A DNA stretch of 64,000 nucleotides from Candidatus Poribacteria bacterium (GCA_965214095.1 OZ243938.1:2048001-2112000); one strand, 5' to 3'. Shown: positions 49,746 through 60,209, numbered from the stretch's first letter. Notes: generated by a model from the sequence alone, not told the origin. Numbers and translations: made by a program.

Positions 49746-50055
49746 ATTTGGTGCTCTCATGTTGATTTGTGTGTGTGTTTTCATGTTGCTAAACATACTG
49801 TTCATTTCTGCAGTTGCTCTCTATTTCTTTGAAAAAGATTCACATCATGGAGAGTTCAGTTCACTCGCTGACACTATAAGACATGTTTCATTAGAGTTCT
49901 TCACTGTAGGATATTCAGATATAACTCCTGTCTCTTTCGGTGGAAAACTAATATGTATCGGAGTCTCCATATTAGGCAATTTACTTGGTGTCTTAATATT
50001 TATAGGAATAGCCGTTTGGATATTTAGGTCTGTATCATCCTATAGAAGAATATAA
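49735..50055 (+). CDS. 2-TM KcsA-like channel subunit with variant filter
   Basis: TM-FTVGYSD-TM. Confidence 0.75.
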   Translation: MKNKFGALMLICVCVFMLLNILFISAVALYFFEKDSHHGEFSSLADTIRHVSLEFFTVGYSDITPVSFGGKLICIGVSILGNLLGVLIFIGIAVWIFRSVSSYRRI

Positions 50056-50071
50056 ATGGATATAAGAATAG

Positions 50072-50845
50072 TTGGAGCATAGGGACATAGTGCAACCTGT
50101 AATTGAAATTTCAGATTTAAAAGTGTTCTATGAAGACACACAAGCATTGAATGGAATATCATTGGACGTTTATCCAAATGAAATACTTGGTATTATCGGT
50201 CCAGCACAATCAGGAAAAACGACTCTGTTAAGAGTTATCAATAGAACTTTGGAATTTACACAAGGCACATCTATTGAAGGCACAGTGAAGTTAGACGGTG
50301 TTGACATCAATTCAATCAGTGATGTATATGGGTTGCGGAGACGTATCGGAATGGTGTTGCCGTTGCCGGTGGGTTTACCGTTGTCCATATATGACAATGT
50401 GGCGTTTGCTCCAAGAACTGCGGGTCTTCGCAATAAGACAGATTTAGATGAAATTGTTGAGCGATGTCTGCAACAGGCTGCGCTATGGGATGAAGTAAAG
50501 GATCGTTTGGACAGCCTCGGCACTAAACTCTCAGGTGGTCAACAACAACGATTAACCATCGCAAGAGCACTTTCACATCAACCAGAAATCCTTTGCCTTG
50601 ATGAATTCTCTATTGCAGTTGACCCGATTACAACGATGCGTATTGAAGATGTCCTCAAAACACTCAAAGAAGAGATGACTATTTTACTTGTTACGAATTT
50701 GGTTCAACAGGCAAAGCGTTTAGCCAACCGCACTGCATTTATGCTCAACGGAGATTTAATTGAAATTGATAAGACCGATGTTATCTTCTCCGAGAACCCT
50801 ACTAATCAATCCACCTATGATTATGTAAATGGTACTTTCGGCTAA
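50072..50845 (+). CDS. pstB: Phosphate ABC ATPase (copy 1)
   Basis: GPAQSGKT, LSGGQQQ, LDE. Confidence 0.85.
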   Translation: MEHRDIVQPVIEISDLKVFYEDTQALNGISLDVYPNEILGIIGPAQSGKTTLLRVINRTLEFTQGTSIEGTVKLDGVDINSISDVYGLRRRIGMVLPLPVGLPLSIYDNVAFAPRTAGLRNKTDLDEIVERCLQQAALWDEVKDRLDSLGTKLSGGQQQRLTIARALSHQPEILCLDEFSIAVDPITTMRIEDVLKTLKEEMTILLVTNLVQQAKRLANRTAFMLNGDLIEIDKTDVIFSENPTNQSTYDYVNGTFG

Positions 50846-50856
50846 CATCAAGAGGA

Positions 50857-51639
50857 GTGTCTCAATTGGATACAAATAACTACAGTATAGAAACAGAGAA
50901 TCTTAGCCTGTGGTATGGTGATTTTCAAGCACTTATTGATGTGAGTGTTAACATTCCTACTGGCAAAATAACTTCTTTGATTGGACCATCTGGGTGTGGC
51001 AAAACAACACTTCTTCGCTGTTTCAACCGAGTCAATGAAAGGTATGGGAACGTTACAACAGAGGGTGAAATAAAGATATTAGGAAAAAACATTTACGATC
51101 CGGATGTTTCTCTGCTTGAATTGCGAAAAACAGTAGGCATGGTATTTCAACGTCCTAACCCGTTGCCGATTTCGGTTTATGAAAATATCCTTTTCGGTCT
51201 ACGAATACATTCACCTTTTAGAAGTCTAAATCGAACACAAGCCGATGAAATAGTAGAAGAAGCACTTACTGCAGTTTTTCTGTGGGATGATCTGAAGGAT
51301 AAATTGAAAATGCGTGCGACCTCATTACAATTAGAACAGCAACAGAAACTATGTATTGCACGCCTGTTGCCGCTCAAACCGCAGGTGATATTGATGGATG
51401 AACCTTGCTCAGCACTTGATGCCAAAGGCACGCTTGCTGTTGAGGAATTGATGTCAGTACTCGCTGGTTCATACACTTTTTTGATTGTTACGCATAATAT
51501 GGCACAAGCAAGACGGGTTAGCAATGAGTGTATTTACATGTTCCTCGGTGAACTCATTGAACATAGAGAAACACAGGCACTATTTGAAACGCCTGAACAT
51601 CCGAAAACTGCGGATTATGTGCAAATGCGATACGGATAG
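50857..51639 (+). CDS. pstB: Phosphate ABC ATPase (copy 2)
   Basis: GPSGCGKT, VFQRPNP, MDEP, VTHN. Confidence 0.88.
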   Translation: MSQLDTNNYSIETENLSLWYGDFQALIDVSVNIPTGKITSLIGPSGCGKTTLLRCFNRVNERYGNVTTEGEIKILGKNIYDPDVSLLELRKTVGMVFQRPNPLPISVYENILFGLRIHSPFRSLNRTQADEIVEEALTAVFLWDDLKDKLKMRATSLQLEQQQKLCIARLLPLKPQVILMDEPCSALDAKGTLAVEELMSVLAGSYTFLIVTHNMAQARRVSNECIYMFLGELIEHRETQALFETPEHPKTADYVQMRYG

Positions 51640-51714
51640 ACGACATTCACAGGGATATAATAGTTAGTATATACAAGAAACAATTATCCCCACCTGTCCG
51701 GAAAAAGGCATTCC

Positions 51715-52440
51715 TTGATGAATGCAAATATCATGAACAGGTCAGAACTAATTTATCATACCATTGCCATAGTAACACTGGCGATAGTCATTATTCTGTT
51801 ATGGAACTTCACTTCAGATGTGTCTTATGTTGAAGATCAAACCAGTTCTGATGTGATGACAGAAGAGACTTTGTCTACAATATATGGTCAACTATACCGA
51901 ATGATTCCGAGTTTCTGTGGGGTGATATTGTTTAGTATTGCTATCTCATTTTATTTGGAAGAATGGTTGCAACAAACATCATGGCAATACCAAATAATAG
52001 AACGGCATATTGCGATTTTGGCAAGAGTGCCGTCTCTTGTTGTTGGCATATTGGCTGTTTACTTTATCTTATTTTATTTTCAAAACATCACATATTATGG
52101 TCTATTATTGACTGTTGCGTTGCTTGTGATGCCTGTTACCATTCGGTCTACACAAGAGTCAATTCAAACTGTTGATATGTCTGTGCGAGAAGCAGCGTAT
52201 GCGTTAGGAGCAACCAGATGGCGTGTGGTTACTGGTCATGTTTTTCCACGTACCTTTCCTAAGATATTGGCTATAATAGGCACTGCAATTTCACGAATTC
52301 TGGCAGTTGCTGCATTACTCATCTCTGGTGTATGGATTTACGTATCAAACTCGTTTAGTTTTCCGACAAGTGTTATTCTGCTGATAACAGGTGCAGTAAT
52401 AATCAGTGTTCTTTCAAGTCTGCTTGAAGTGAAACAGTGA
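51715..52440 (+). CDS. Divergent PstA-like permease
   Basis: YLEE, VPSLV, EAAYALGATRW. Confidence 0.75.
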   Translation: MMNANIMNRSELIYHTIAIVTLAIVIILLWNFTSDVSYVEDQTSSDVMTEETLSTIYGQLYRMIPSFCGVILFSIAISFYLEEWLQQTSWQYQIIERHIAILARVPSLVVGILAVYFILFYFQNITYYGLLLTVALLVMPVTIRSTQESIQTVDMSVREAAYALGATRWRVVTGHVFPRTFPKILAIIGTAISRILAVAALLISGVWIYVSNSFSFPTSVILLITGAVIISVLSSLLEVKQ

Positions 52441-52465
52441 CTCCAATGACAAAGGATTCATATAA

Positions 52466-53236
52466 ATGCAACAACCAATAAATGCACCTGTTTTATATAT
52501 CAATGATTTGAATGTATGGTTTGGGAAAAATCATGTTTTAAAAGACCTAACTTTTGATATTTTTCCAAGACAGGTGACATCATTTATTGGACCTTCAAAA
52601 TGTGGTAAAACAGCATTAGTTCGTTGCTTGAATCGCCTGAATGATTTGAAATCGGACTTTAGATATACCGGTAAGGTACAATTCAATGGAAAGGATCTAT
52701 ATTCGTCCAAAGTACATGTCATTGATATTTCCCAGAAAATAGGAATGATATTTCATAAACCGATTCCTTTCCGTAGATCTATCTATGAAAATGTGGCTTA
52801 TCCTGCACGGCTTCGCGGGATAAAACAATCCTCTGAACTTGATACTGTTGTTGAAGAATGTCTGAGAGAAGCACAAGTTTGGGATGAAGTCTGTCATGAT
52901 CTTGATGCATTACCCGACATATTAACTATCGGACAGCAACAACAGCTTTGCATTGCCCGCGTATTAGCGGGTAATCCTGAAATATTGATATTTGACGAAC
53001 CGTGTGAACAACTGGATGCTACGGAAACTCCTAAATTGGAAGCAACTGTCCAGAATCTCAAAAGCCGATATTCACTCATATTCGTCACTAACAAGAGAAG
53101 ACAAGCAGCCCGTGTGTCTGATGTTGCTGGATTTCTATATAACGGTGAATTAATAGAATTTGGACATACAGAACAAATATTTACGAATCCAAAAGACAAA
53201 CTAACTGAAGACTATGTAACAGGACGTTTAGGATAA
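52466..53236 (+). CDS. Divergent PstB-like ATPase (copy 3)
   Basis: GPSKCGKT, LTIGQQQ, FDEP, TEDYVTGRLG. Confidence 0.8.
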   Translation: MQQPINAPVLYINDLNVWFGKNHVLKDLTFDIFPRQVTSFIGPSKCGKTALVRCLNRLNDLKSDFRYTGKVQFNGKDLYSSKVHVIDISQKIGMIFHKPIPFRRSIYENVAYPARLRGIKQSSELDTVVEECLREAQVWDEVCHDLDALPDILTIGQQQQLCIARVLAGNPEILIFDEPCEQLDATETPKLEATVQNLKSRYSLIFVTNKRRQAARVSDVAGFLYNGELIEFGHTEQIFTNPKDKLTEDYVTGRLG

Positions 53237-53260
53237 TTCAAAATCTGACAGGAGATACCG

Positions 53261-53920
53261 ATGCAACACTATTTGGAATCAGAGCTCAAAGCACTACAAC
53301 ACCAACTGCTTAAAATGGGTGGTATTGCAGAGAATATGTTGCGTGATGCTGTCCATTCTGTCCTGAATCGGGACGAGGAATTAGCGCGTCGTGTAATCCT
53401 TGATGATGATACGGTGGACAAATTAGAAAATGAGATTGAAGCGCGATGTATACAACTCATTGCCAGACACCAACCTGTTGCGTTTGAGTTGCGTTATTTG
53501 ACGATGACATTGAAGGTTAATAGAACCATAGAAAGAATGGCGGATAAGTGCGTATCTATTGCCAGACGAAGTATTGAACTGTTAGAATATCCACCGATGA
53601 AACCATTTGTTGACTTACCGTCTGTAACCCATCTTATACAAGAGATGGTGAAAGATGCACTCGACGCATTGGTCAATAGAAATGCGGAACTTGCACGAGA
53701 ACTTCGTGAGCGTGACAGCAAAGTAAATGCTTTTTACGAACAGATGTATGGTGAACTTTGTTCTCTAATGTCTGACCAACCGCAACAGATTCAGACAGGT
53801 ATAAGTCATCTACTTATTTTCCGTCATTTGGAACGGGTGGGTGATTTAGCAGTGAATATTGGTGAAGAGGTTTATTACCTTGTTGAAGGGGAGGTAATTC
53901 GTCATACGGATATTGTCTAA
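53261..53920 (+). CDS. phoU: Phosphate signalling protein PhoU
   Basis: QPVA..LR, ERMAD, LERVGD.AVNI.E. Confidence 0.95.
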   Translation: MQHYLESELKALQHQLLKMGGIAENMLRDAVHSVLNRDEELARRVILDDDTVDKLENEIEARCIQLIARHQPVAFELRYLTMTLKVNRTIERMADKCVSIARRSIELLEYPPMKPFVDLPSVTHLIQEMVKDALDALVNRNAELARELRERDSKVNAFYEQMYGELCSLMSDQPQQIQTGISHLLIFRHLERVGDLAVNIGEEVYYLVEGEVIRHTDIV

Positions 53921-54099
53921 TACTATTTGTAAAAGATAAGGTGTCATTGAGCATTCGTAGGTTTATCTTCAATTGCTGAATGTAAGAGGCGCAATAAATT
54001 GCGCGACTACAAACGCGTTTTTTCTTAATGTTAGATTATCAATTAGAAATGGTAAAATATCCAGTTTGCCACGCTGAAAATAGCCATTCCCATAGATTT

Positions 54100-55341
54100 C
54101 TATTTCTGTTCTGCTGAGAAAAAATGCACATCTCGCTGTGGGAATGGTATTTTGATATCGTATTCCTTAAACTTCTCCCAAATCATAAAATGCAGATCGC
54201 TTGCAACATCAAAACGATCAAATGTATCTGGAATCCATGCTAATAATTCGAAGTCTAGCGAAAACTCACCGAAATTAGTAAATCTAACAAAAGGAGGCGT
54301 AACGTTTTCCATTTCAGGTGTTGGTTCTTTTATCACATCAGGATGTGCATGTGCCACCTCAATCAAGGCTTTCTTGACGAGTTCTGGGTCTGCACGAAAT
54401 GAAACACTTGCTTTAATACTAATCCGAAAGCGATTGTTATAATGTGTAAGGTTATGGACGGGTTCGGTAATTAATTGGGAATTTGGAACAATAATCTCCT
54501 TTTCATCAACTGCTATAATGACTGTGGATCGGAGATTAATACTACTCACTCTACCAAATATACCAACATCCATAATTTCTACTAAATCCCCTATTTTGAT
54601 AGGTCGTTCAAAAATGAGAATAAATCCTGATATGAAGTTTGAGACCATAGTCTGCAAACCAAAACCGATACCGATACTCAACCCACCAAAAATTAATACA
54701 ATGCTCGTGAGACTTATTCCAAGTGTATTAAATGTAATAAGGATTCCGATAGTGATAAGACTGAAATGAAGAATGCGAAGAAGGATGAATTGTGTGTGTC
54801 TCTCAATTTGAAATTCCTGTAAAACCTGTCGACTAAGTATATATTGTGAGTACTTAGACAGAATAAACATACCGAAGAGAATGACAAATCCATAAAATAG
54901 ACCTGCTAATGTTAATCTGCGCGCGCTGTCATCAACGACTTCTGGTTTTCTTCCTAAAAGTGTCTGCAAGAAAGATGAAATACCTGTTGTTTCTTCTACC
55001 TGTTGTTTGGGTGGTTGAAATAGGTCTGCGATTGGGTAGTTGAATATTCTGCCAAAGAGTCCCGTGCTAATTCCCGCCACATTTAGTGCTACAATTATCC
55101 CTGCAATCAAGATAATCAGGAACAGGATTGCGATCATCCGATTTTCAAAATTTTGTGGCATCTTCAAACGATTTAGAAATTTGCGTATCCAGCGTCGAAA
55201 GAATTCACCAATAACTAAGGTCAAAGCCAAGATACCGACAAATGCGATTATCTGCCAAACTTTCACCTCATCATCTAAGGTTATAGCCTTAGTATTAAGA
55301 AAATCCGATATTTGTTGAAAAAGTTCGCCCATCTTAGCCAA
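54100..55341 (-). CDS. MscS-family mechanosensitive channel
   Basis: GIGFGLQ..VSNFISG, ERPIKIGD, IVPNS, IPFPQRD. Confidence 0.92.
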   Translation of the reverse strand: MAKMGELFQQISDFLNTKAITLDDEVKVWQIIAFVGILALTLVIGEFFRRWIRKFLNRLKMPQNFENRMIAILFLIILIAGIIVALNVAGISTGLFGRIFNYPIADLFQPPKQQVEETTGISSFLQTLLGRKPEVVDDSARRLTLAGLFYGFVILFGMFILSKYSQYILSRQVLQEFQIERHTQFILLRILHFSLITIGILITFNTLGISLTSIVLIFGGLSIGIGFGLQTMVSNFISGFILIFERPIKIGDLVEIMDVGIFGRVSSINLRSTVIIAVDEKEIIVPNSQLITEPVHNLTHYNNRFRISIKASVSFRADPELVKKALIEVAHAHPDVIKEPTPEMENVTPPFVRFTNFGEFSLDFELLAWIPDTFDRFDVASDLHFMIWEKFKEYDIKIPFPQRDVHFFSAEQK

Positions 55342-55367
55342 CCCTATCTACATAGGTACAAACATTA

Positions 55368-57683
55368 TCAATCAATAGCAATCTGCTCTTTAGCATGAAC
55401 AAACAAGACATCGTTAACACCTTGGTATCGTTGTAAGACATCAGGAAAGTCATTTGAATTGATGTCCTCTGAAGTTAGACCAACGATGACTAAGTCTGCC
55501 TGAGCGGATCTTTGTGCGACATCATGCTCCAATCCTTCCAGACTGTCGTAAGAGACAGAAGTTACATTTTGCATTGATATAGGTAGTCTTCCATCTTTTA
55601 TAAAATTTGAAAGTTTGTCGGCTTCCAATTCAGCATCCCAAGAACCTGAACATGCAAATAAACGTATCTTTGCTTTTTTCCATTCAGGGTGTCCCACCAA
55701 TATATATGCAAGTAATAACATCATAGGTACATTGCTGATATTATCTTCCGTTACCCACACATGTATTGAAGATCTATATCCAAAGCGGTATTTCGTAGAA
55801 CGTAGAACGAGTGCATTGAAAAGAGATTCCGCTGCAAGTTGAGTCCCAAGCATGACTTCTCCGATTTCATCGGGGTTTTCTTTATCAAATTCAAGTAGTA
55901 TTGAGTTGTTTGATAAACCAGAGATTCCGGGCATCTGTAGGACTTGTGCTAATCCTTGTTGAAAAGTTGGACAAATAAGAGAGTCGACGTATATTCCTGC
56001 TCCACTCGCTTCAGTCTGCTGTATTAGTGATTCGACGTGAATCCGTGCTGAGATTTCTTCCTGAATGGAGTAGTCTCCAGGGAAAAATTGGATAAAGTGT
56101 CCAAATCCTTGTCTGTGGCAAATCCATCGTAAGAGGTCAAAATGTCCGAGTCGTCGGTCCCCGAATTGTGTAATAGCTACAATTGCTGGTCGCCACCCAC
56201 TTTCCGCTGCACTCGCCCTATTTTTTTGTAATGTGGTTTGCAACCAACGTGTTAATTGGAACATTGCACCTTGGAAGATACCGGACATACCGCGTTGTTC
56301 TCTATGTCCGCGTCTAAGTCCGATATAAATTGTTAAGATGAGAACAATTGATATGACTGCATAAAAGACGTTAATCTGAATCATCATCAGACCACACATA
56401 ACGAAACCTAACAATGACACATACCATCGTGAATGGAAAGTTGGACGGTAAGATGGATTTCCTGCGAAATGTTCAAGGAATGAGACGAGACACAGCGCCC
56501 CATAGGTAACTAAGAAAAACATCGTCAGTATCATAGCGATAGAATTTAATTCACCTATTGCGACAAACACTATTGCGATAACTCCAGAAACAAAAGTTGC
56601 TGGAATAGGTTCTTGGGTTTTACCAACCCCAAATCGCATGAGTCGGTTCAATCCAGGAATCGGTAAAACGTCATCCCGTGCGAGTGCTTGGAGTGTTCTG
56701 GGTGCGACCATAATAGAACCGAGTGCAGACGATACCGAAGCTGCTCCCAACCCAATGTATATAGCGTCTCCCCAAGCAGATATTTTCGCCATAATGAATT
56801 CGTCATTAGCAAGTAGTTCGGGGACTGCACTCTGACAAAGCTTATACGCCACTAGAATATATATTACCATACCTGCGAGCGTTGCACTAATTGTTCCGAG
56901 TGGTATACTTCGTTGCGGATTCTTCAAATCACCAGATAAACCTAATCCTGCGATCATCCCTGTAAAAGCGGGGAAACAGATAGCGAAAACTATGCCGAAA
57001 GTATCCGCCCCTTCTTTTATACCTTCCGTGATATTTAGAGTTTCAGGACGAAATCGCTTTTGAACTCCATCAATGGTGACAAATTCTTCAGGGCTCCCCA
57101 GGAAAAATGTAACAAGTGCTACTGCCAAAATGCCACATATTAACCATAATATAGAAACGCCCATATTCGCGCCTCTTGTCAACATAATTATGATAAGAAC
57201 AAGCGTGCCGGGGATACTTATCCAGCGAACATCAATTATTCCCTTAAAATCCGGATATTGCGTGCCTAACATATCCAGTACAGGTTCAAAAGCAGAAGCG
57301 AAAGCGACCATGTAAAATGCGATTGATATTGCCTGAGAAAGATATAACGCGATTCCTATAGTGCCACCGATACTTGTTCCGAAGGATCGGCTAACGATAT
57401 AGTATGCACCACCACCAGCAACTCGGCGGTTAGTTGCTACTTCGGAGACGGCAAGGACTGTCGGTATGGTTACAAGATGTCCAAGTACAATGATTGCCAG
57501 ACTCTTCAAGAAACCTACATGTCCGACGGCATAACCGAAACGTAAGAAGAGAATTGCTCCTAATATTGTGCTAATGGATGCGAGAAAGACAGGGGCTGTT
57601 CCAAACCCGTGTCCATGTTGTTCCTCAGCGAAGTTGTTTTGATCAGTCACTGATTGGCTCTGTTGTCTGAATTTAGAAAACAT
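55368..57683 (-). CDS. Cation-chloride cotransporter-like amino acid permease
   Basis: ILFLRFG, GGGAYYIVSRS.G, FPAFTG..AG...SGDLK.P..SIP.GT, PSYRPTF, WRP. Confidence 0.88.
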   Translation of the reverse strand: MFSKFRQQSQSVTDQNNFAEEQHGHGFGTAPVFLASISTILGAILFLRFGYAVGHVGFLKSLAIIVLGHLVTIPTVLAVSEVATNRRVAGGGAYYIVSRSFGTSIGGTIGIALYLSQAISIAFYMVAFASAFEPVLDMLGTQYPDFKGIIDVRWISIPGTLVLIIIMLTRGANMGVSILWLICGILAVALVTFFLGSPEEFVTIDGVQKRFRPETLNITEGIKEGADTFGIVFAICFPAFTGMIAGLGLSGDLKNPQRSIPLGTISATLAGMVIYILVAYKLCQSAVPELLANDEFIMAKISAWGDAIYIGLGAASVSSALGSIMVAPRTLQALARDDVLPIPGLNRLMRFGVGKTQEPIPATFVSGVIAIVFVAIGELNSIAMILTMFFLVTYGALCLVSFLEHFAGNPSYRPTFHSRWYVSLLGFVMCGLMMIQINVFYAVISIVLILTIYIGLRRGHREQRGMSGIFQGAMFQLTRWLQTTLQKNRASAAESGWRPAIVAITQFGDRRLGHFDLLRWICHRQGFGHFIQFFPGDYSIQEEISARIHVESLIQQTEASGAGIYVDSLICPTFQQGLAQVLQMPGISGLSNNSILLEFDKENPDEIGEVMLGTQLAAESLFNALVLRSTKYRFGYRSSIHVWVTEDNISNVPMMLLLAYILVGHPEWKKAKIRLFACSGSWDAELEADKLSNFIKDGRLPISMQNVTSVSYDSLEGLEHDVAQRSAQADLVIVGLTSEDINSNDFPDVLQRYQGVNDVLFVHAKEQIAID

Positions 57684-57749
57684 ATCATGAATCCTTGTGA
57701 ATTATATAGAGGATAATTCAGTTCTGTTTATCATGTATTTAAGTCTAAG

Positions 57750-58475
57750 TTACAGTGTAATTCGTAAAATTGATAAATATTTATAATTGAGATTCTCGGT
57801 CAATGGTTCACTATTATATGCTAAAGAACCGCTTAAACGCAACCCAAGTCGTGTTGTAAGGTTGAATGTTAATGCGGGTTCAGCTGAAAAGCGATAATTC
57901 TTGAAGCCAACTTCTGGTGTGAATTTGAGTACTACATTTAGTTTTTTCCATCCTATTGATGAAAACGCCAACCATCGAAATGAGGTCGGGTCAAATCTTC
58001 TTATAGTAAGTCCTCTGCGTGGTTGTATGTTTTCAATGAAGTAGCCAATCCCGCCTGAAATCCGTAGCGTTCCTTTTTCATATATTCCAGGACGGATGTA
58101 ACTTCCGATTTGTGATGTCAAAGCACTTCCTTGGCTAATGTTGCGTTCCAAATCTGTAAATGCTTCAATACCGAGTTTATTTATTCGCATTCCTCCTTGT
58201 ATACGTGCCTTGATGATTTCAGAATGTACACCGTCTTCACCTGATGCACGTGAACCAAAGATACCTCCCCATCCATTGATGTTTTTGAATGGGACGACTG
58301 CGGTTAAGGAGAGTGTTTGTGACGTGCCATCACCTGAAATACCAAAGTCCATTGTCTTCGCATCGGTCGGCAAGTCAGCAAATTGACTATATACAGGCAA
58401 AGCATTATAAATACATAAGAGTGCTATAAATGTAAAAAGATAGATAATTTTGCATTTCGGACAATTAAAGGACAT
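57750..58475 (-). CDS. Putative outer-membrane beta-barrel (DUF481-like)
   Basis: Signal peptide, amphipathic strands, YNSEP. Confidence 0.55.
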   Translation of the reverse strand: MSFNCPKCKIIYLFTFIALLCIYNALPVYSQFADLPTDAKTMDFGISGDGTSQTLSLTAVVPFKNINGWGGIFGSRASGEDGVHSEIIKARIQGGMRINKLGIEAFTDLERNISQGSALTSQIGSYIRPGIYEKGTLRISGGIGYFIENIQPRRGLTIRRFDPTSFRWLAFSSIGWKKLNVVLKFTPEVGFKNYRFSAEPALTFNLTTRLGLRLSGSLAYNSEPLTENLNYKYLSILRITL

Positions 58476-58552
58476 TTTTTGGTGACCAGTTCCCTTTGTA
58501 TATCAAGTTCCACTGAGAATAATTATATGAGAAAAATAACAATGCTGTTTTC

Positions 58553-59050
58553 TCAGTCAGTATTTGCGTTTATTAGTATTCCTAATAGACATGCATCTAC
58601 CAATCCACCAACAATACATCCTGCTAATGCCCAATTGTATCGATGTTTTTTCATATAGATCTCATAGGAGTCAATATAAAATGCAACATATTGCGAGGAC
58701 TTGCCGAGTGTTCGTGCTGCTGGTACTGATTTCATATCTCTTTGTGAAACCAGAGGACCGATGATAGGAAGAAAACACCCAGTTGTGAACCACAATGTTT
58801 GATTAAAATGTGCTTTAACATCTTTTTTGGCATCAGCGATTGCCTGTACCTCATCTGGTGATGGTAGATTCTCTTCTTTACCCTCAATCCGTCCTGGTAT
58901 AATAATATCAACTTTACCTGAAGGTAATTGCTGAACTTCATACCTGTTTATTGGTTGCTCTTGTGCAGAAGTTGGTGTTTGTGAAGCCACATAGAACAGT
59001 AATGTGAAGATAATAAACATTAATAAATGAGAATATGAACTTTTATTCAT
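58553..59050 (-). CDS. Hypothetical membrane protein
   Basis: AAGGAG RBS, signal peptide, hydrophobic segments. Confidence 0.65.
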   Translation of the reverse strand: MNKSSYSHLLMFIIFTLLFYVASQTPTSAQEQPINRYEVQQLPSGKVDIIIPGRIEGKEENLPSPDEVQAIADAKKDVKAHFNQTLWFTTGCFLPIIGPLVSQRDMKSVPAARTLGKSSQYVAFYIDSYEIYMKKHRYNWALAGCIVGGLVDACLLGILINANTD

Positions 59051-59062
59051 TAATTTCTCCTT

Positions 59063-59165
59063 TATAGTAGATTTTTAAATTACTTGAACACTCTGCATAG
59101 GCGAGGTTAGGAAACCTCGCCTACCGTGGGGCGAAAGTGTCAACTTATCTTTATAATTCACTATA
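59063..59165. mobile_element. TATAG-ended Correia-like MITE with REP hairpin
   Basis: Reverse-complement homolog of 45548-45652. Confidence 0.8.
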
Positions 59166-59278
59166 CCTTGAGAAATACATTGTTTATAGATAAATAACAG
59201 AGTAATATTTCAGGATTTGTATGCCAGATTATCTGTAATGCTGTTGAATACACATGTGTTCTGAAATAACTAAATATT

Positions 59279-60001
59279 CTAATTCCTCTTTTCATACACA
59301 TGTGTAGTAGAAGTATCCGCCCAATATATCACAAGAAGTTGACCGTCCCATGTATATGTGCTAACAGAAAGTGACTGTATTCCATCAGGATACCAATTGA
59401 TTGTTCCTTTATTTCTACCATAAGGCTCTACCAAATTATAGGAACCGGAGAAAAATTGTGATGCGTCTTCAAACTGCCGTGTAAATGTAGTTGTAGTTAA
59501 CCGCATGGATCCACCTAACGATTGTACAGTGTCGCCATTTACTTGCGTTCTAATAAGTTCATATACGCCTCTAAGCGTATTTGCAATTTCATAGGCTTTA
59601 GAGTATACAATAATAGTCGCAGATTTTGTTGCTTCTTCTTCTCCACCGTCGCGTACTGATAGATAAACCGTAATCGTTTTTGGAGCAACAACTTCCTCAT
59701 CGGGTAAAGGAGGGGCAATCCATTCGACCTTTGACGTAGTTGCACTTTTTAAGACACCATCTGTTACGTCCCATAAGTAGGACAAGCTGTCATCTTCTGG
59801 GTCAAAAGCGGTAACTCTAAACTCTACAGTTTCACCATAATGCACCTCACTTGGTACAATAAAACTGTTGATTTTCGGTGTATCATTTCTCCAATCATCA
59901 TATAGGTCACAACCGCCAAATACTGAACTTAGGAGAACTAAGTGGAGAATCAGGACACCGAGTTTGGAGTTTACTTTTGTATTCACAACATTTTTCCTCA
60001 T
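59279..60001 (-). CDS. Putative lipoprotein with PKD/Ig-like domain
   Basis: GGC lipobox, A.DPEDD.L.Y.W motif. Confidence 0.7.
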   Translation of the reverse strand: MRKNVVNTKVNSKLGVLILHLVLLSSVFGGCDLYDDWRNDTPKINSFIVPSEVHYGETVEFRVTAFDPEDDSLSYLWDVTDGVLKSATTSKVEWIAPPLPDEEVVAPKTITVYLSVRDGGEEEATKSATIIVYSKAYEIANTLRGVYELIRTQVNGDTVQSLGGSMRLTTTTFTRQFEDASQFFSGSYNLVEPYGRNKGTINWYPDGIQSLSVSTYTWDGQLLVIYWADTSTTHVYEKRN

Positions 60002-60163
60002 TTATGTATTGCAGTGTATTGTTAGACACCAATATATCCTACAAGTTCAGAAAACAAAACGGTTTATACCATGTATGGTAGATTAAGAATAAATAATGCA
60101 TTTTATTGATTGACTCGGTGCCACTAAGCACTTTTATCATGCAATACAAATTTGAACGTTTAT

Positions 60164-60192
60164 ATTATACTTAGTCAGACCATCTTTGTCAA
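60164..60192 (-). promoter_or_regulatory. Consensus sigma70 promoter
   Basis: TTGACA-17-TATAAT on minus strand. Confidence 0.75.
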
Positions 60193-60209
60193 ATCAAATA
60201 GCAAGAAGG

